In this document: positions 53,278 to 63,867 of the stretch, piece by piece
Layout: every line of letters begins with the position of its first letter
How positions within the stretch are numbered: position 1 is the stretch's first letter
DNA from: Candidatus Buchananbacteria bacterium
GTDB taxonomy: Bacteria > Patescibacteriota > Patescibacteriia > 2-01-FULL-39-33
DNA: 64,000 nt
Reading direction: 5' to 3'
Assembly: GCA_030650095.1 (NCBI GenBank)
Contig: JAUSEE010000036.1
Coordinates: forward strand, 6,490 to 70,489
Notes under the pieces: generated by a model
What the model was told of the DNA's origin: nothing
Database searches by the model: none
The model's input: only the letters and a program-made list of their open reading frames with translations
Position numbers and translations under genes: made by a program

Positions 53278-55815
53278 ATGGAGACATTTAAATACACTGC
53301 CAAAAGTTCAAAAGAAATTGTCAAAGAATTTAACTCTGACTCTTCTAGAGGACTATCATCAAAAAAAGCCAAAGAACTGCTCCTTAAATACGGCCATAAT
53401 ATTTTAAGCAAATCGGAGCTCCAATGGTGGAAAATACTGGCCAGGCAATTCAAATCGGCTTTTATTTATCTTCTTATTATAGCTTCTGTCATAAGCATTG
53501 GTTTGAGGGAATTTATAGAAGGGGCCATGATTATAATTTTCTTGCTCATCAACGCCGGTTTGGGGTTTTTTCAAGAATACAGATCGGAAAAAACAGTTAA
53601 ACTCCTAAAAAAATATATCATCTCCTACGTACGGGTCTGGCGTGATAATAAAAAAATTATCATAAAATCAGAGGAACTAGTACCTGGAGATATTATTTTT
53701 TTAGAGACGGGCGATAAAATACCGGCCGATGTGCGTTTTCTGGAAACAGAAAATTTAATAGTTGATGAATCAGTTCTCACTGGTGAATCAATGCCAGTTA
53801 ATAAAATAAGCGATACTCTAAAAAACGAGGCCGGCGCCCATTATCAGGCTCTTAATTTGGGGTTTTCCGGCACAGCCGTCTTAAAAGGCGAGGCCAAGGC
53901 GATTGTCATAGCCAGCGGTTTTAAAACAGCCATGGGGAAAATTGCCAAATTATCAACTGAAACCAAAAGAACCAGCGATTTTGAAAAAGGCATTGCCAAG
54001 TTTTCCAGCTTTATCCTTAAACTGATAATTGTCACTCTTATAATAGTTTTTTTGGCTAATATCCTAATCAAAGGCCACGGTCTAAACATTATTGAACTGA
54101 TAATTTTTTCCATCGCCTTAACCGTTAGTGTTATACCGGAAGCTCTGCCGGTGGTAACCACTTTCGCTCTCTCCAGCGGAGCCATGGCCTTAGCTAAGAA
54201 AAAAATAATCGTTAAAAGATTATCAGCGGTCGAGGATTTGGGCGGAATTGAAGTCTTATGCACCGATAAAACCGGCACATTAACCCAAAATAAATTAGCC
54301 GTTACGGATATTTATGCTCCAAATGGAAAATCTGATGATGTTTTATTTTTTGCCAATCTGGCCTCATCTTTTGACCAAACTAAAAAATTAGAACCATTTG
54401 ATATAGCTTTGTGTGATAAACTGGATAAAGCCAGCCAAAAGGAAGTTTGCAGCTATACTATTTCTAAGGAATGCCCTTTTGATCCTAATATCAGAAGGAA
54501 TATAACTTTGGTTTCCAAAAAGAGCAATCAAACCTTAATCACTCGAGGCGCCACAGAATCAATCTTGCCGCTTTGTAAAAACATCCCAGCCCAAGAAATA
54601 AAAAACATTAAAAATTGGCTGATAAAAGAGGGTGAATTAGGGCACAGAACCATGGCCGTGGCCTATAAAACAGGCGCCAAAATAAAAAATAATTTAGAAC
54701 AAGAAAATGATTTTGATTTCTTAGGCATAGTATCATTTTCCGACAGCATTAAACAAAGCGCCTACCAAATAGCCAAGCAAGCCAAACTGCTGGGAGTTAA
54801 GATAAAAATAATAACCGGCGACAGCCCGGAAGTGGCCGGAGCAGTGGCTTACAAGATAGGCTTGATTAGTTCCCCGCAGGAAGTCATAACAGCCGAGCAA
54901 TGGGAAAAGTTAAAACCGCAGAAAAAAAGAGAGGCCTTGGAAAAATATTCAGTTTTTGCCCGAGTTTCGCCGGAACAAAAATATGCCGTCATAGAAGCAT
55001 TGCAAGTTGATCATACTGTGGGATTTTTAGGTGAAGGCATAAACGACGCTCCGGTTTTAAAAATTGCCGGCGTTTCGCTGGTAGTGGATAGCGCTTCTGA
55101 TATTGCCAAAGAATCAGCCGATATCTTGCTCCTGCAGAAGGACTTGAAAGTCATATTGGACGGCATAGAAGAGGGCCGGAAAATATTTGCCAATACCGCC
55201 AAATATATCAAAGCGACTTTAATATCAAATTTTGGCAATTTTTTTGCCATATCCGTCGCTTCACTCTTGATAGATTTTTTACCTATGTTCCCCTTACAAA
55301 TACTTTTGGTAAATCTTTTATCCGATTTTCCGATGATTGCCATAGCTACCGATTCTGTTGATAAAAACGAATTAAAGTCGCCTAAAAAATATGAAATCAA
55401 AGACATTGTCATCTTATCAATTACTCTGGGTTTTTTAAGCACGGTTTTTGATTTTATATTTTTTGCCCTATTTTATAAAATATCGCCTGGGGTTTTGCAA
55501 ACCAATTGGTTTATCGGCAGCATCCTGACAGAACTGGTTTTAATTTTTTCCATACGCACAAAATTTTCCTTCCTCAAAGCCAAGAGGCCTTCGGCTGTTC
55601 TTTCCATCCTATCAATAGTAGCCATTTTGGCCACGGTGATTATTCCTTTCACTTATTTAGGACAGCACCTGTTTATGTTTATTAGACCGTCACTTAACCA
55701 TTTAGTGATAATATTCGGACTGGTGATTGCTTATTTCATCAGTACAGAAGCTTTAAAATTAATCTTCTTTAAAAAATTAAACGGCAATCTCCTGGAAAAA
55801 ACATCACCGGCTTAA
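53278..55815 (+). CDS. Cation-transporting P-type ATPase (P2/P3-type, Mg2+/Ca2+-like)
   Basis: Phosphorylation motif CTDKTGTLTQN, TGES loop (LTGESMPV), hinge GEGINDAPVLK, and ten predicted TM helices. Confidence 0.85.
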   Translation: METFKYTAKSSKEIVKEFNSDSSRGLSSKKAKELLLKYGHNILSKSELQWWKILARQFKSAFIYLLIIASVISIGLREFIEGAMIIIFLLINAGLGFFQEYRSEKTVKLLKKYIISYVRVWRDNKKIIIKSEELVPGDIIFLETGDKIPADVRFLETENLIVDESVLTGESMPVNKISDTLKNEAGAHYQALNLGFSGTAVLKGEAKAIVIASGFKTAMGKIAKLSTETKRTSDFEKGIAKFSSFILKLIIVTLIIVFLANILIKGHGLNIIELIIFSIALTVSVIPEALPVVTTFALSSGAMALAKKKIIVKRLSAVEDLGGIEVLCTDKTGTLTQNKLAVTDIYAPNGKSDDVLFFANLASSFDQTKKLEPFDIALCDKLDKASQKEVCSYTISKECPFDPNIRRNITLVSKKSNQTLITRGATESILPLCKNIPAQEIKNIKNWLIKEGELGHRTMAVAYKTGAKIKNNLEQENDFDFLGIVSFSDSIKQSAYQIAKQAKLLGVKIKIITGDSPEVAGAVAYKIGLISSPQEVITAEQWEKLKPQKKREALEKYSVFARVSPEQKYAVIEALQVDHTVGFLGEGINDAPVLKIAGVSLVVDSASDIAKESADILLLQKDLKVILDGIEEGRKIFANTAKYIKATLISNFGNFFAISVASLLIDFLPMFPLQILLVNLLSDFPMIAIATDSVDKNELKSPKKYEIKDIVILSITLGFLSTVFDFIFFALFYKISPGVLQTNWFIGSILTELVLIFSIRTKFSFLKAKRPSAVLSILSIVAILATVIIPFTYLGQHLFMFIRPSLNHLVIIFGLVIAYFISTEALKLIFFKKLNGNLLEKTSPA

Positions 55816-55829
55816 TAATATTTTAACTG

Positions 55830-55865
55830 TAAAAAAATAACACCCTTTTGGGGTGTTATTTTTAT
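55830..55865 (+). terminator. Intrinsic terminator after the P-type ATPase (aacacccttttggggtgtt plus T-run)
   Basis: 8-bp stem followed by atttttatttc. Confidence 0.6.
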
Positions 55866-55873
55866 TTCACCTA

Positions 55874-55984
55874 CGAAATATTATGGGTGTTAGCCCATAG
55901 ATGAAGCATTTTCCATTGTCTTTATGTGTCATCCCGAGCGCAGTCGAGGGATCCCTCCATTTCGCTACGCTTCAGTCGGGATGA
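55874..55984. repeat. Composite repeat: the tatgggtgttagcccata module plus a GTCATCCCGAGcgcagtcgagGGATCCC…CTTCAGTCGGGATGAC palindrome
   Basis: Shares a block of about 75 bp (in reverse complement) with 51621-51690, and the aatgacataaaagacaatgg module with 34896-34915. Confidence 0.6.
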
Positions 55985-56034
55985 CAAAAACAAAATATTA
56001 ATCAAGATGGTTAGTAGCTTCGCCAATATATTTT

Positions 56035-58587
56035 TTAACAGACAAACATTTTAAGCAAAGAAAACATTAAGAGTAAGTATAAAGTTATGATAATGCTTAA
56101 GCGCCAATAATTGCTGGAATATAAATCAGCAATATAAGCTATCAAAACTATAATATAAGCAACGGCGATCAAGGGCCAAGCCCACCAAGCAAAACCGGAG
56201 CTGGATAAATAAACTACTGCTGGCAATATAATAAGTAATAATGCAAATAATCTGCTGGAACGCTTTTTAAAATTAGTTAATTCTTTATTAAACCTGTCCA
56301 CATAATTCAAAGCCATTAAAATCAAATAAATAATTAGCATAATAGCCGTGATCCACCAAGGCCAATAATTGCAGGCCTCCTGTTCACCAGCCACCTGGCC
56401 GCCGGCTACTTGGCCAGTTTGTTCTTGATTGTTACTTGGTTGATCTTCTAATTGGCTGCCTTCTCCGCTACTGTTGTTATTACTGTTTAAATTATTTTGT
56501 ATTGATCCGCCAGGAATATTTCCATTATTGTTTAAAGTTAAAACTTGATCCGGATTTGGTTCTGTTTTATTTTCCGTCTCATTTTCCTTGGGTTCTTCCG
56601 GCTTGACTGCTGGAGTAACAAAAGTATAACTCAAACCGACCGTATCGGGAGAAGCGTGCGAAATAACCCTGTAATAATATAAAGTGCTGGGAATTAAATC
56701 GGTTAATTCCACTTGATGCGCTGTAACCATATTTAAATCGTCAATCGTAGAATGAGCATAGCCGTAATTAGGCGGATTGCTATAATCAAAACTGTGTGGC
56801 TCGTTTTCTGTTGCATAAATCACCCGGCTGGTTGAATAATAGTTTGTTTGCCAGGTAATTATAGCCGAGGTTCCGCTAACTTCAACATTTGATGATTCAT
56901 TATAAATAGTCAAACCTGGCGGTATGCCACCCCCGCCACCGCCGCCAGAAAGAATAATCGTCTGCCCGTCACAGGTCAAATTACAATGACCCCCTGTGCC
57001 ATTTAAGTCTCCGTCATCACAAACTTCATCTTCTTCAATTTCCCCGTTGCCACAAACTGCCGGCTCTTCACTGTTGTAATAATTAACAAAATTATTATTA
57101 GACGAAACAGTGGAAGTGCCGATTAAATTAACCGCGCTGGGAGCAGAAAGTTGAACCCAATCAGCTACCAAATCTTCTGTCAGCTGATAATCACCCGCAG
57201 TTAAATTGTTAAATTCAAAGTAGCCCAAACTATCGGTAGTGGTAGAATATAGCGAAGTGCTAGTGTTTTGACTGATAAAAAGATTAATAATCCAACCACT
57301 TACTCCAAGCCAATCATCAGTCGTGCTGGCCACACCGTCATTATCTTGGTATTTGTAGCCGGAAATAATATTATTAGCTGCTGGTTCTTCAAGAGGCAAA
57401 TAATTAGCAAAATCAAAATTAGTTAAATTTTCCCCTTCGGCTAAACTGACTTGATGCAGATTGCCCACAGGCCAAACTTGTGTATATGGTTGTTTTTCTA
57501 TATTGGCACCTTCGGCTAACGTATAATTGCCAACCGACAAACCGGCAAAAGAATAACAACCGTTTTCATCGGTAATTTGAGTGTCGCTGAAATCGCCAGC
57601 CAAAACTATGCCCCAACCGCTAAGTTTGGGCTCGTCTTCATCAATTAAACCATTGTTATTTACATCGCTGTATTTACAGCCGGAAATTGAACCATATTGA
57701 TTACAGACGGTAAAAGCTATTTGATCGTAAATACCAGAAAGGTCATCGCCGTTATCAGTGTGGTAATATTGGGCGCCGGTAGTGTTGGCGATATTTTGCA
57801 ACATAGTTTCATTAATCTCGCCGGCCGTACCTAAACCGATAGTAAATATTTTATAACCCAAGGCGGCCGCTTCAACAGCTTTAGCTTCGGCATAAGCCAC
57901 ATCAGCTGGATTCTCACCCGTGCCATCGCCATTAGGCTTATTGGCTTTGCCGTCGGTCAAAAGGATCATGGCTTTAACCGCTTGAGGGTTGGTTCTGTCA
58001 GAACCAAGTTCAGCGCTGGAAAATTCAATCGCCTCACCGATATTGGTCGCGCCACCCGTAGTCAAGCCATCAATAGCCGATTTGGTGTCAAGATGATTGC
58101 TGGAAAGTTGTTTGACCAAGCTGGCTGAGTCATTGAAAGCAAGCAAGGCTGACTGGTCGTTTGGCCCTGTATAATTGAGAAAATCTTTAGCCGCAACTTT
58201 GGCGGATTCTATTTTACTAAGAGTGGCTGGCGTATAAACCGGAGGAGCTTGGCAAAATTCATCAGAACTTAGGCACCGGCTATTGCACGCGCTTTGAGTC
58301 AAACCCAACTCAGTGTGATCCACCCATTGATAGGAATCACCCACGAAGTCCAGATAAGTCCACTCACAAATACTCCCATTGCCACCGTCAGTCATACTGC
58401 CAGAAGTATCAAGCACCATAACCACATCAACTGGCACTTGGCATAAATCTTGGGCGCTGACTAGAGGCACATTTTCTAAAAAAGAAAAATTAGTAAAGAA
58501 AATATTAAAAACCAAGCCGACAATACTAATTACCGAAAAGAACTTATTTATTTTTTTTAAATCCTTCTTGCTTAATAAATTTCTCAT
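56035..58587 (-). CDS. Large surface protein with a von Willebrand factor A domain, Ig-like/fibronectin-III-like repeats and a C-terminal membrane anchor
   Basis: MIDAS motif VDVVMVLDTSGSMTD. Repeated beta-rich segments. A Gly run. C-terminal TM helices. Confidence 0.65.
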   Translation of the reverse strand: MRNLLSKKDLKKINKFFSVISIVGLVFNIFFTNFSFLENVPLVSAQDLCQVPVDVVMVLDTSGSMTDGGNGSICEWTYLDFVGDSYQWVDHTELGLTQSACNSRCLSSDEFCQAPPVYTPATLSKIESAKVAAKDFLNYTGPNDQSALLAFNDSASLVKQLSSNHLDTKSAIDGLTTGGATNIGEAIEFSSAELGSDRTNPQAVKAMILLTDGKANKPNGDGTGENPADVAYAEAKAVEAAALGYKIFTIGLGTAGEINETMLQNIANTTGAQYYHTDNGDDLSGIYDQIAFTVCNQYGSISGCKYSDVNNNGLIDEDEPKLSGWGIVLAGDFSDTQITDENGCYSFAGLSVGNYTLAEGANIEKQPYTQVWPVGNLHQVSLAEGENLTNFDFANYLPLEEPAANNIISGYKYQDNDGVASTTDDWLGVSGWIINLFISQNTSTSLYSTTTDSLGYFEFNNLTAGDYQLTEDLVADWVQLSAPSAVNLIGTSTVSSNNNFVNYYNSEEPAVCGNGEIEEDEVCDDGDLNGTGGHCNLTCDGQTIILSGGGGGGGIPPGLTIYNESSNVEVSGTSAIITWQTNYYSTSRVIYATENEPHSFDYSNPPNYGYAHSTIDDLNMVTAHQVELTDLIPSTLYYYRVISHASPDTVGLSYTFVTPAVKPEEPKENETENKTEPNPDQVLTLNNNGNIPGGSIQNNLNSNNNSSGEGSQLEDQPSNNQEQTGQVAGGQVAGEQEACNYWPWWITAIMLIIYLILMALNYVDRFNKELTNFKKRSSRLFALLLIILPAVVYLSSSGFAWWAWPLIAVAYIIVLIAYIADLYSSNYWRLSIIITLYLLLMFSLLKMFVC

Positions 58588-58601
58588 ATTTTTTCTAAAA
58601 A

Positions 58602-59564
58602 TTATACCGCTTGGCCACCTATTTTATTTTTTCTTTTATGGCCAATAATTAAAAAGATTACTACTAGAATAGCAACTATAACCAAACCTAAAGGCACAGA
58701 AACCCAATAATTGGTTAAATTAATGTCATAGGCGCCCAAAACCGAGCCGGAAACAATTGAGAATTTGAAATTTTGGGAAAGAATGGCTTGGCCATTATGC
58801 AAGAATTCTATTTCCGCCAAATATTTGCCATCAGCTAAACCAGTGGTAGGAATTTTTAAGGCCGAAATTTCGTGTTGAGCCAAAGACCGAACCGGATCGT
58901 CACCATCTGGATAAGGGAAGATGGCATTATAGACCGTCTGATCAGCTTTTCTGATACGGAATTGGATTTGGGGCTTCAGAGCCACATTGCTTTGATTGTC
59001 ATAGATAAAACGCACGGACAGATTTTCCCCGCTCTTGACATCAAAAGTTTCCGGAATAACCGAGACGAGCAATTTGATTGTTTCTTTGTCCGTCACTTTA
59101 ATCTTCACTTCACGGTTTATTTTCTGCTCCACTGAAACAGAAGATTCATTTTTATTTTCACTTGGCGTACCAACTTTTTTTCCCGCGCCAACAAAGCCAA
59201 TGTAGTCGCCGTTAGCCGTATCTTGAGGCACGCTAAAAACCACCACGATATTGGCTTGACCATCTTTTTCCAATGAAAAACTTTCTATCGGATTTTTCAA
59301 ATCGCCGGGCAGATAAAATTTCGTCCAGCTGGCAGTCTGACCTTCAACTGAAAGCTTTACTTCCACATTCTCGCCATCATTGTTGATAATAATCAAAGTC
59401 TCTTGAAACTCACCACCCCTAAGAGCATTATCAATGATAATCGGATTGGTAGTTTGGCCGATAGCCAACACAATCATAGGCAAAGCCAAAAAAAGTCCGA
59501 TAACTCCAAAAATAAGAGTTCTTTTCATAAATTTTAAAGTTATTTTTATATTAAGTGAATACAA
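58602..59564 (-). CDS. Secreted protein with a C-terminal TM anchor (320 aa)
   Basis: Signal peptide. C-terminal YWVSVPLGLVIVAILVVIFLIIGHKRKNK. Confidence 0.5.
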   Translation of the reverse strand: MYSLNIKITLKFMKRTLIFGVIGLFLALPMIVLAIGQTTNPIIIDNALRGGEFQETLIIINNDGENVEVKLSVEGQTASWTKFYLPGDLKNPIESFSLEKDGQANIVVVFSVPQDTANGDYIGFVGAGKKVGTPSENKNESSVSVEQKINREVKIKVTDKETIKLLVSVIPETFDVKSGENLSVRFIYDNQSNVALKPQIQFRIRKADQTVYNAIFPYPDGDDPVRSLAQHEISALKIPTTGLADGKYLAEIEFLHNGQAILSQNFKFSIVSGSVLGAYDINLTNYWVSVPLGLVIVAILVVIFLIIGHKRKNKIGGQAV

Positions 59565-59671
59565 TAATTATCACCACTCTAATCCTGTTGATTGGTTTTG
59601 TCAAGAATAATTGAAGATTTTTGTCAAGAGCATAAAAAAGACCGCAATTTATACTATTTAAATTTTCTTTT

Positions 59672-61096
59672 TCACTGATTACAAGTTAAATGCGGAGCTT
59701 TTTCCGCGCTAAGAATCACAGAGCCAAAATAACCACTGCCTTCGTGAATAGATGGGAACTTGAAAATATTAATAGAAAAATCAATTTTATTAGTCTCGGA
59801 CAAATTCAATGGATTATCTAAAATCGTTGCGATTTCCGGCCAATAATTTTTATAACCAACCAAATCGCCTAAACGAGCCCCATAACTGACATTCCAAACG
59901 GAGTCAGTCTGGCCTAGCCCCATATCGTCTTGTTTTATTTTTATAAACAAGCGGGTATTGCCAATATTTCTAATTGAAGCCAAACTATTGCCCCAAACAA
60001 GATCGCCGTTGATAATCTTAGTATTATTTAATCTGACACTGCCATATAAAATATTGGCGAAATCTGTTTCGAAAGCAGTCAGAGTCAAATATTCAAATTT
60101 ATTTTCCAAAATGCCGACCAGACCGCTGGTGTCTTGAGTTGTTATCAGAGCGCGATAATCACCTGACGGGTCTTCATAAGATAAGGTTTTTTCACCGCAA
60201 TAAACATCAGCGGTTTCTTGTTTGAGCTCGCCATCTTGCGCGCAAATTTCTTCATAGGTATAAGGCACTAGTACGGAATTGAAAGTGACCAAATTATTGT
60301 TGCTATTTTTTATAGTATTACAAAAAAGTTCATAGCCAGCATTTTGAGACAGCTTTTGCAAGTTAAACTTATCACCCGCCAATTGACCACAACCCTGTCG
60401 ATCAGCTTCATGATTTAGGCCTAGAGCAATATCTGGGGGATAAAAAACCTCACCATAAACACTGTTTATATCATTAGCGCCGTCTGGATCACTGACAATA
60501 GCGCAGACTTTAATGGTTTTACCGACCTGATATTGTCCGGAAGGCAAAAATTGAGCGCCAGCATCTAGCGCCTCATCAAGACCGTCATCAATCATCTCCC
60601 ATTTAGCTTTAACTATCGGTTTAGAGCTGTCACTATCTTGTCCGCCGCTTAGAAAGCCGATATTTAAGGTAAAATTCATGGTCTTGCCTTGATACTGATT
60701 ACCAGCGGCATTATCAAAAGAGATAGTAAAATCATATTGCTTGGTGGCGCCAAACGCCAAATCAGACAAATAAGTTTCTTCAGCGTTAAAAAATTTGGCT
60801 AAAGTGCCGGCATACAGCGTAGCGCCATTTTCTTTGACCGTTAAATTTATGACATTAGCCAAATGGTTTAAATCAATTTCAGCCGAGGCGCCGATAATTA
60901 CTTTTTGAGTCATAACACTGTTATTGGTCACTTTTATCCAGCGTGTCTCTAAATTCCCCGGCACAAAATTAAGATTGGAAAAAAGCGGAGTCATTTGAAA
61001 CTCAACTGCTAAATCACCAGTAGCCTTCGCCGGAAAAACCGCAACCGAAGATACGGCTAGAACTACAACTAAAATGACTAATAATTTTTTCAACAT
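59672..61096 (-). CDS. Secreted protein (474 aa), paralog of 62776-63867
   Basis: Signal peptide MLKKLLVILVVVLAVSSVAVFPAKA. Shares long blocks (PIVKAKWE…DAGAQFLPSG…ELFCN…NSNNNL…EICA…YCGEK.LSYEDP.GDY…PLTAFETDF…YGSVRLN…RN.GNTRL…SAEKAPHLTC) with the ORF at 62776. Confidence 0.6.
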   Translation of the reverse strand: MLKKLLVILVVVLAVSSVAVFPAKATGDLAVEFQMTPLFSNLNFVPGNLETRWIKVTNNSVMTQKVIIGASAEIDLNHLANVINLTVKENGATLYAGTLAKFFNAEETYLSDLAFGATKQYDFTISFDNAAGNQYQGKTMNFTLNIGFLSGGQDSDSSKPIVKAKWEMIDDGLDEALDAGAQFLPSGQYQVGKTIKVCAIVSDPDGANDINSVYGEVFYPPDIALGLNHEADRQGCGQLAGDKFNLQKLSQNAGYELFCNTIKNSNNNLVTFNSVLVPYTYEEICAQDGELKQETADVYCGEKTLSYEDPSGDYRALITTQDTSGLVGILENKFEYLTLTAFETDFANILYGSVRLNNTKIINGDLVWGNSLASIRNIGNTRLFIKIKQDDMGLGQTDSVWNVSYGARLGDLVGYKNYWPEIATILDNPLNLSETNKIDFSINIFKFPSIHEGSGYFGSVILSAEKAPHLTCNQ

Positions 61097-61126
61097 ATTT
61101 TTGGCTTTTGTTTATTTAACACTGCC

Positions 61127-62680
61127 TCAATCACTGCCATCACCATCAGGCACAGGCGTAACCGGTGCCACTTCCGCTGATTTATTGGTAATAGCCAGTA
61201 GCGATTCGTCAACTAGCTCTGCCGGCGCTTGATCATCTGAAGATTCTGAAACTGACGGATTTTCTGCTTCGTTTTCGGACAAGTCGGATTCTTCGCTAGT
61301 AGGCGAATCAGGATTATCAATAACCACCTCTGTATCCAGCGGATTATTTTCGTCAGCAGTTTCTTCTACTGGCTCATTCTCCTGAATTATTTCTTCGGTG
61401 GTAGTTGCAGTTTCATCTATTAATGGTTCTTCAATTATTATGGGCTCTTCAATTATAAGTCCATCTTCCTCGGCAAAATTGGAAGCGCCCGGAGTGCCTC
61501 TTTCTGTTCTTCCTACATCCCAATACAAAACAGTTGATGAAGCTTCAATATAAGTATGCCAATTAGCGGCTAAAACACCGTCACGGGGAAAATTATTTCT
61601 GGCCATAGAATAGAAATTCGTTGAACTGCCGTTAAGCGTCGCGCCACTGCCGTCACCAGCCGTGTCTATCAAATTAGCGCTAGCCAGCCAACTATCTTTA
61701 TAAAGCCTTATCTTTAAATCGGTATCTCTTAAAACTAAATCGCTATTTACCAAATCCGGAATCACGCTGATACTGGAGGACGCTTCAGAATAATTGCTGA
61801 TTAGAAAAAAGCTATTAGCCGGAATGACTTTTCCGTTGGGTATGGTAATCATTAAATTTTCGGTATTACTAGCGCCAATAAGATTAGTTAATTGCCAGCC
61901 GCTGATATCAATATTATAGTTGGTCGTATTGCGAAGCTCAAGCCATTCGTCAGCCAAATCGCCATTTGAGCCCATCCACATCAATTCATTGATAATCACA
62001 TCGTCAGCGACCACGGTGGGAGAAAAAGACGGGTCTTCCAGCCACTCACCAGCCGTAATAATTACCGAAACGGTTTTAGTGTCAGAAAAACCCAAAGTAG
62101 CATCAACAAAATCAGTTTGCCAGCCAGTAAAAACCAAGTCAAATTGGCAAGACTTACCAATTAATAATTGATCGCTGTAAACAAGACGAACTTCCAAAGA
62201 AACAGCCGGTAAAATAGAAAAAGAACTGGTGGCAGACACATAAGAAGAGAGGGGCATAAAAACGCCTGAAATATTGTCTTTTAATTCAAGAGCACCGCAA
62301 AAAGTACTAGTTGCCACATTAGCTATTTGGACTTGGTAGATAAAATCCAAAGTACCGGTATTTTGCATAGTAACAGTTGAGATGGAATTTTCGATTGGGG
62401 TGATGTTGGCAGAAAAATCACTGCCGGTTGCTACAAAAGAAAGAGTACCGGCCGTAAAGGCAATGCTAGCAGGTTCAAATCCATCATTAAAATAAGCTTG
62501 AGCTACTCCAGCTTTTAAAAGAGTCAAATTAGCAACGAGGACAACCAAAACAAAAGAAAGAAATTTTAATCCGTAATTGACCGCCACGCCAGCCAAAGAA
62601 AAATGTTTATTTTTCTTTTTTTTGCTCTTTGATTTATTTTTCTTGGCGCAATATTTTTCTGATTTCATTAAAAATGTCAA
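61127..62680 (-). CDS. Membrane-anchored protein with a lamin-tail-like domain (LTD) and an acidic C-terminal tail
   Basis: …DDVIINELMWMGSNGDLADEWLELRNTTNYNIDISGWQLTN… matches the LTD pattern (INE.M…DEWIEL.N…L.GW.L). Confidence 0.5.
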   Translation of the reverse strand: MTFLMKSEKYCAKKNKSKSKKKKNKHFSLAGVAVNYGLKFLSFVLVVLVANLTLLKAGVAQAYFNDGFEPASIAFTAGTLSFVATGSDFSANITPIENSISTVTMQNTGTLDFIYQVQIANVATSTFCGALELKDNISGVFMPLSSYVSATSSFSILPAVSLEVRLVYSDQLLIGKSCQFDLVFTGWQTDFVDATLGFSDTKTVSVIITAGEWLEDPSFSPTVVADDVIINELMWMGSNGDLADEWLELRNTTNYNIDISGWQLTNLIGASNTENLMITIPNGKVIPANSFFLISNYSEASSSISVIPDLVNSDLVLRDTDLKIRLYKDSWLASANLIDTAGDGSGATLNGSSTNFYSMARNNFPRDGVLAANWHTYIEASSTVLYWDVGRTERGTPGASNFAEEDGLIIEEPIIIEEPLIDETATTTEEIIQENEPVEETADENNPLDTEVVIDNPDSPTSEESDLSENEAENPSVSESSDDQAPAELVDESLLAITNKSAEVAPVTPVPDGDGSD

Positions 62681-62775
62681 CTTTATTTAGAGAGGTTTTG
62701 AGCCAAAACATTATTAGCTTCAAGCTTCTCCGAGGCGGAAAAAATCCGCCTCTGACTGTTGCTATATCATTACTA

Positions 62776-63867
62776 CTATTCTACGCAAGTCAAATGAGGT
62801 GCAGAAACTGCGCTCAAAGTCATCGTGCCAGTGTAACCGACATCTGGGTGAGTCGGTGGGAATTTGGAGATATCAATGGAAAAATCCATTTCATCTAATT
62901 CTGACAAATTCAATTCATCACCCAAGGCGGTGGTTACTTCCGGAAAATAAACGGCATAGGTAGAAAAACTGCCAACTCTGGCATCATACTTCACATTCCA
63001 TAAGCCGTCAGTTTTGCCTAGTCCCATATCATTTTGCCAAACCTGCATGGTCAATCTGGTATTACCCACATTTCTGACTGTGGCTCTGCCCTGATTTAAA
63101 GCATCCCAAGTCAAATCACCAGCAATAATCTTATGGGTGTTCAATCTGACACTGCCATAAGAAACTTGAGTGAAGTCGGTCTCAAAAGCGGTTAATGGCA
63201 AATAGGTAAGATTGTTTATTAATTTACCCTGCTTACCATTTTGATCTTGAGCAATGGCCCAGATTTCATAATCACCGGCTGGGTCTTCATAAGACAGATT
63301 TTTCTGTCCGCAATAAACAGCAGCTGTGTCTTTTTGTAATTCGCCGGTTTCGCCGCAAATCTCATCATAGTTATAACCGGTATTAAAGGTTGGTAAATTA
63401 TTGTTTGAATTCCTGACCTTATTACAAAAGAGTTCTATGCCGGCAGTCTTAGTTAATTTAGCTAAGCTGTCTTCTTGCATAAATAGGCCGCAACCTTGGC
63501 CTGATTGATCGGGCAGAGGTGTATGATCAGGTCCTAAAGCGATATTTTTTGGATAAAAGACATCAGCATAGACATTTAAAACATCAGCCAAACCATCTGG
63601 ATCTGTTACCACGGCGCAGATAGAAACAACTTTGCTTACATCCTTTACGCCTGAAGGCAAGAGCTGGGCGCCAGCGTCAGAGGAAGCATCGGTGTATCTG
63701 TTAGTACTACTAATATAATTGGCTTCCCATTTGGCTTTGACAATTGGGTTGGCGCCTCCGCTGGTGTCGGCAGTAAGACCAGTGTTAACATTAACAGCAG
63801 CCAAAACTGGGGCAATTGAAAGCGTGAAAAGAGCTATAATTGCTACAATATAAATTGTTTTTCTCAT
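62776..63867 (-). CDS. Secreted protein (363 aa), paralog of 59672-61096
   Basis: Signal peptide MRKTIYIVAIIALFTLSIAPVLAA. Conserved blocks as listed for the ORF at 59672. Confidence 0.6.
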   Translation of the reverse strand: MRKTIYIVAIIALFTLSIAPVLAAVNVNTGLTADTSGGANPIVKAKWEANYISSTNRYTDASSDAGAQLLPSGVKDVSKVVSICAVVTDPDGLADVLNVYADVFYPKNIALGPDHTPLPDQSGQGCGLFMQEDSLAKLTKTAGIELFCNKVRNSNNNLPTFNTGYNYDEICGETGELQKDTAAVYCGQKNLSYEDPAGDYEIWAIAQDQNGKQGKLINNLTYLPLTAFETDFTQVSYGSVRLNTHKIIAGDLTWDALNQGRATVRNVGNTRLTMQVWQNDMGLGKTDGLWNVKYDARVGSFSTYAVYFPEVTTALGDELNLSELDEMDFSIDISKFPPTHPDVGYTGTMTLSAVSAPHLTCVE

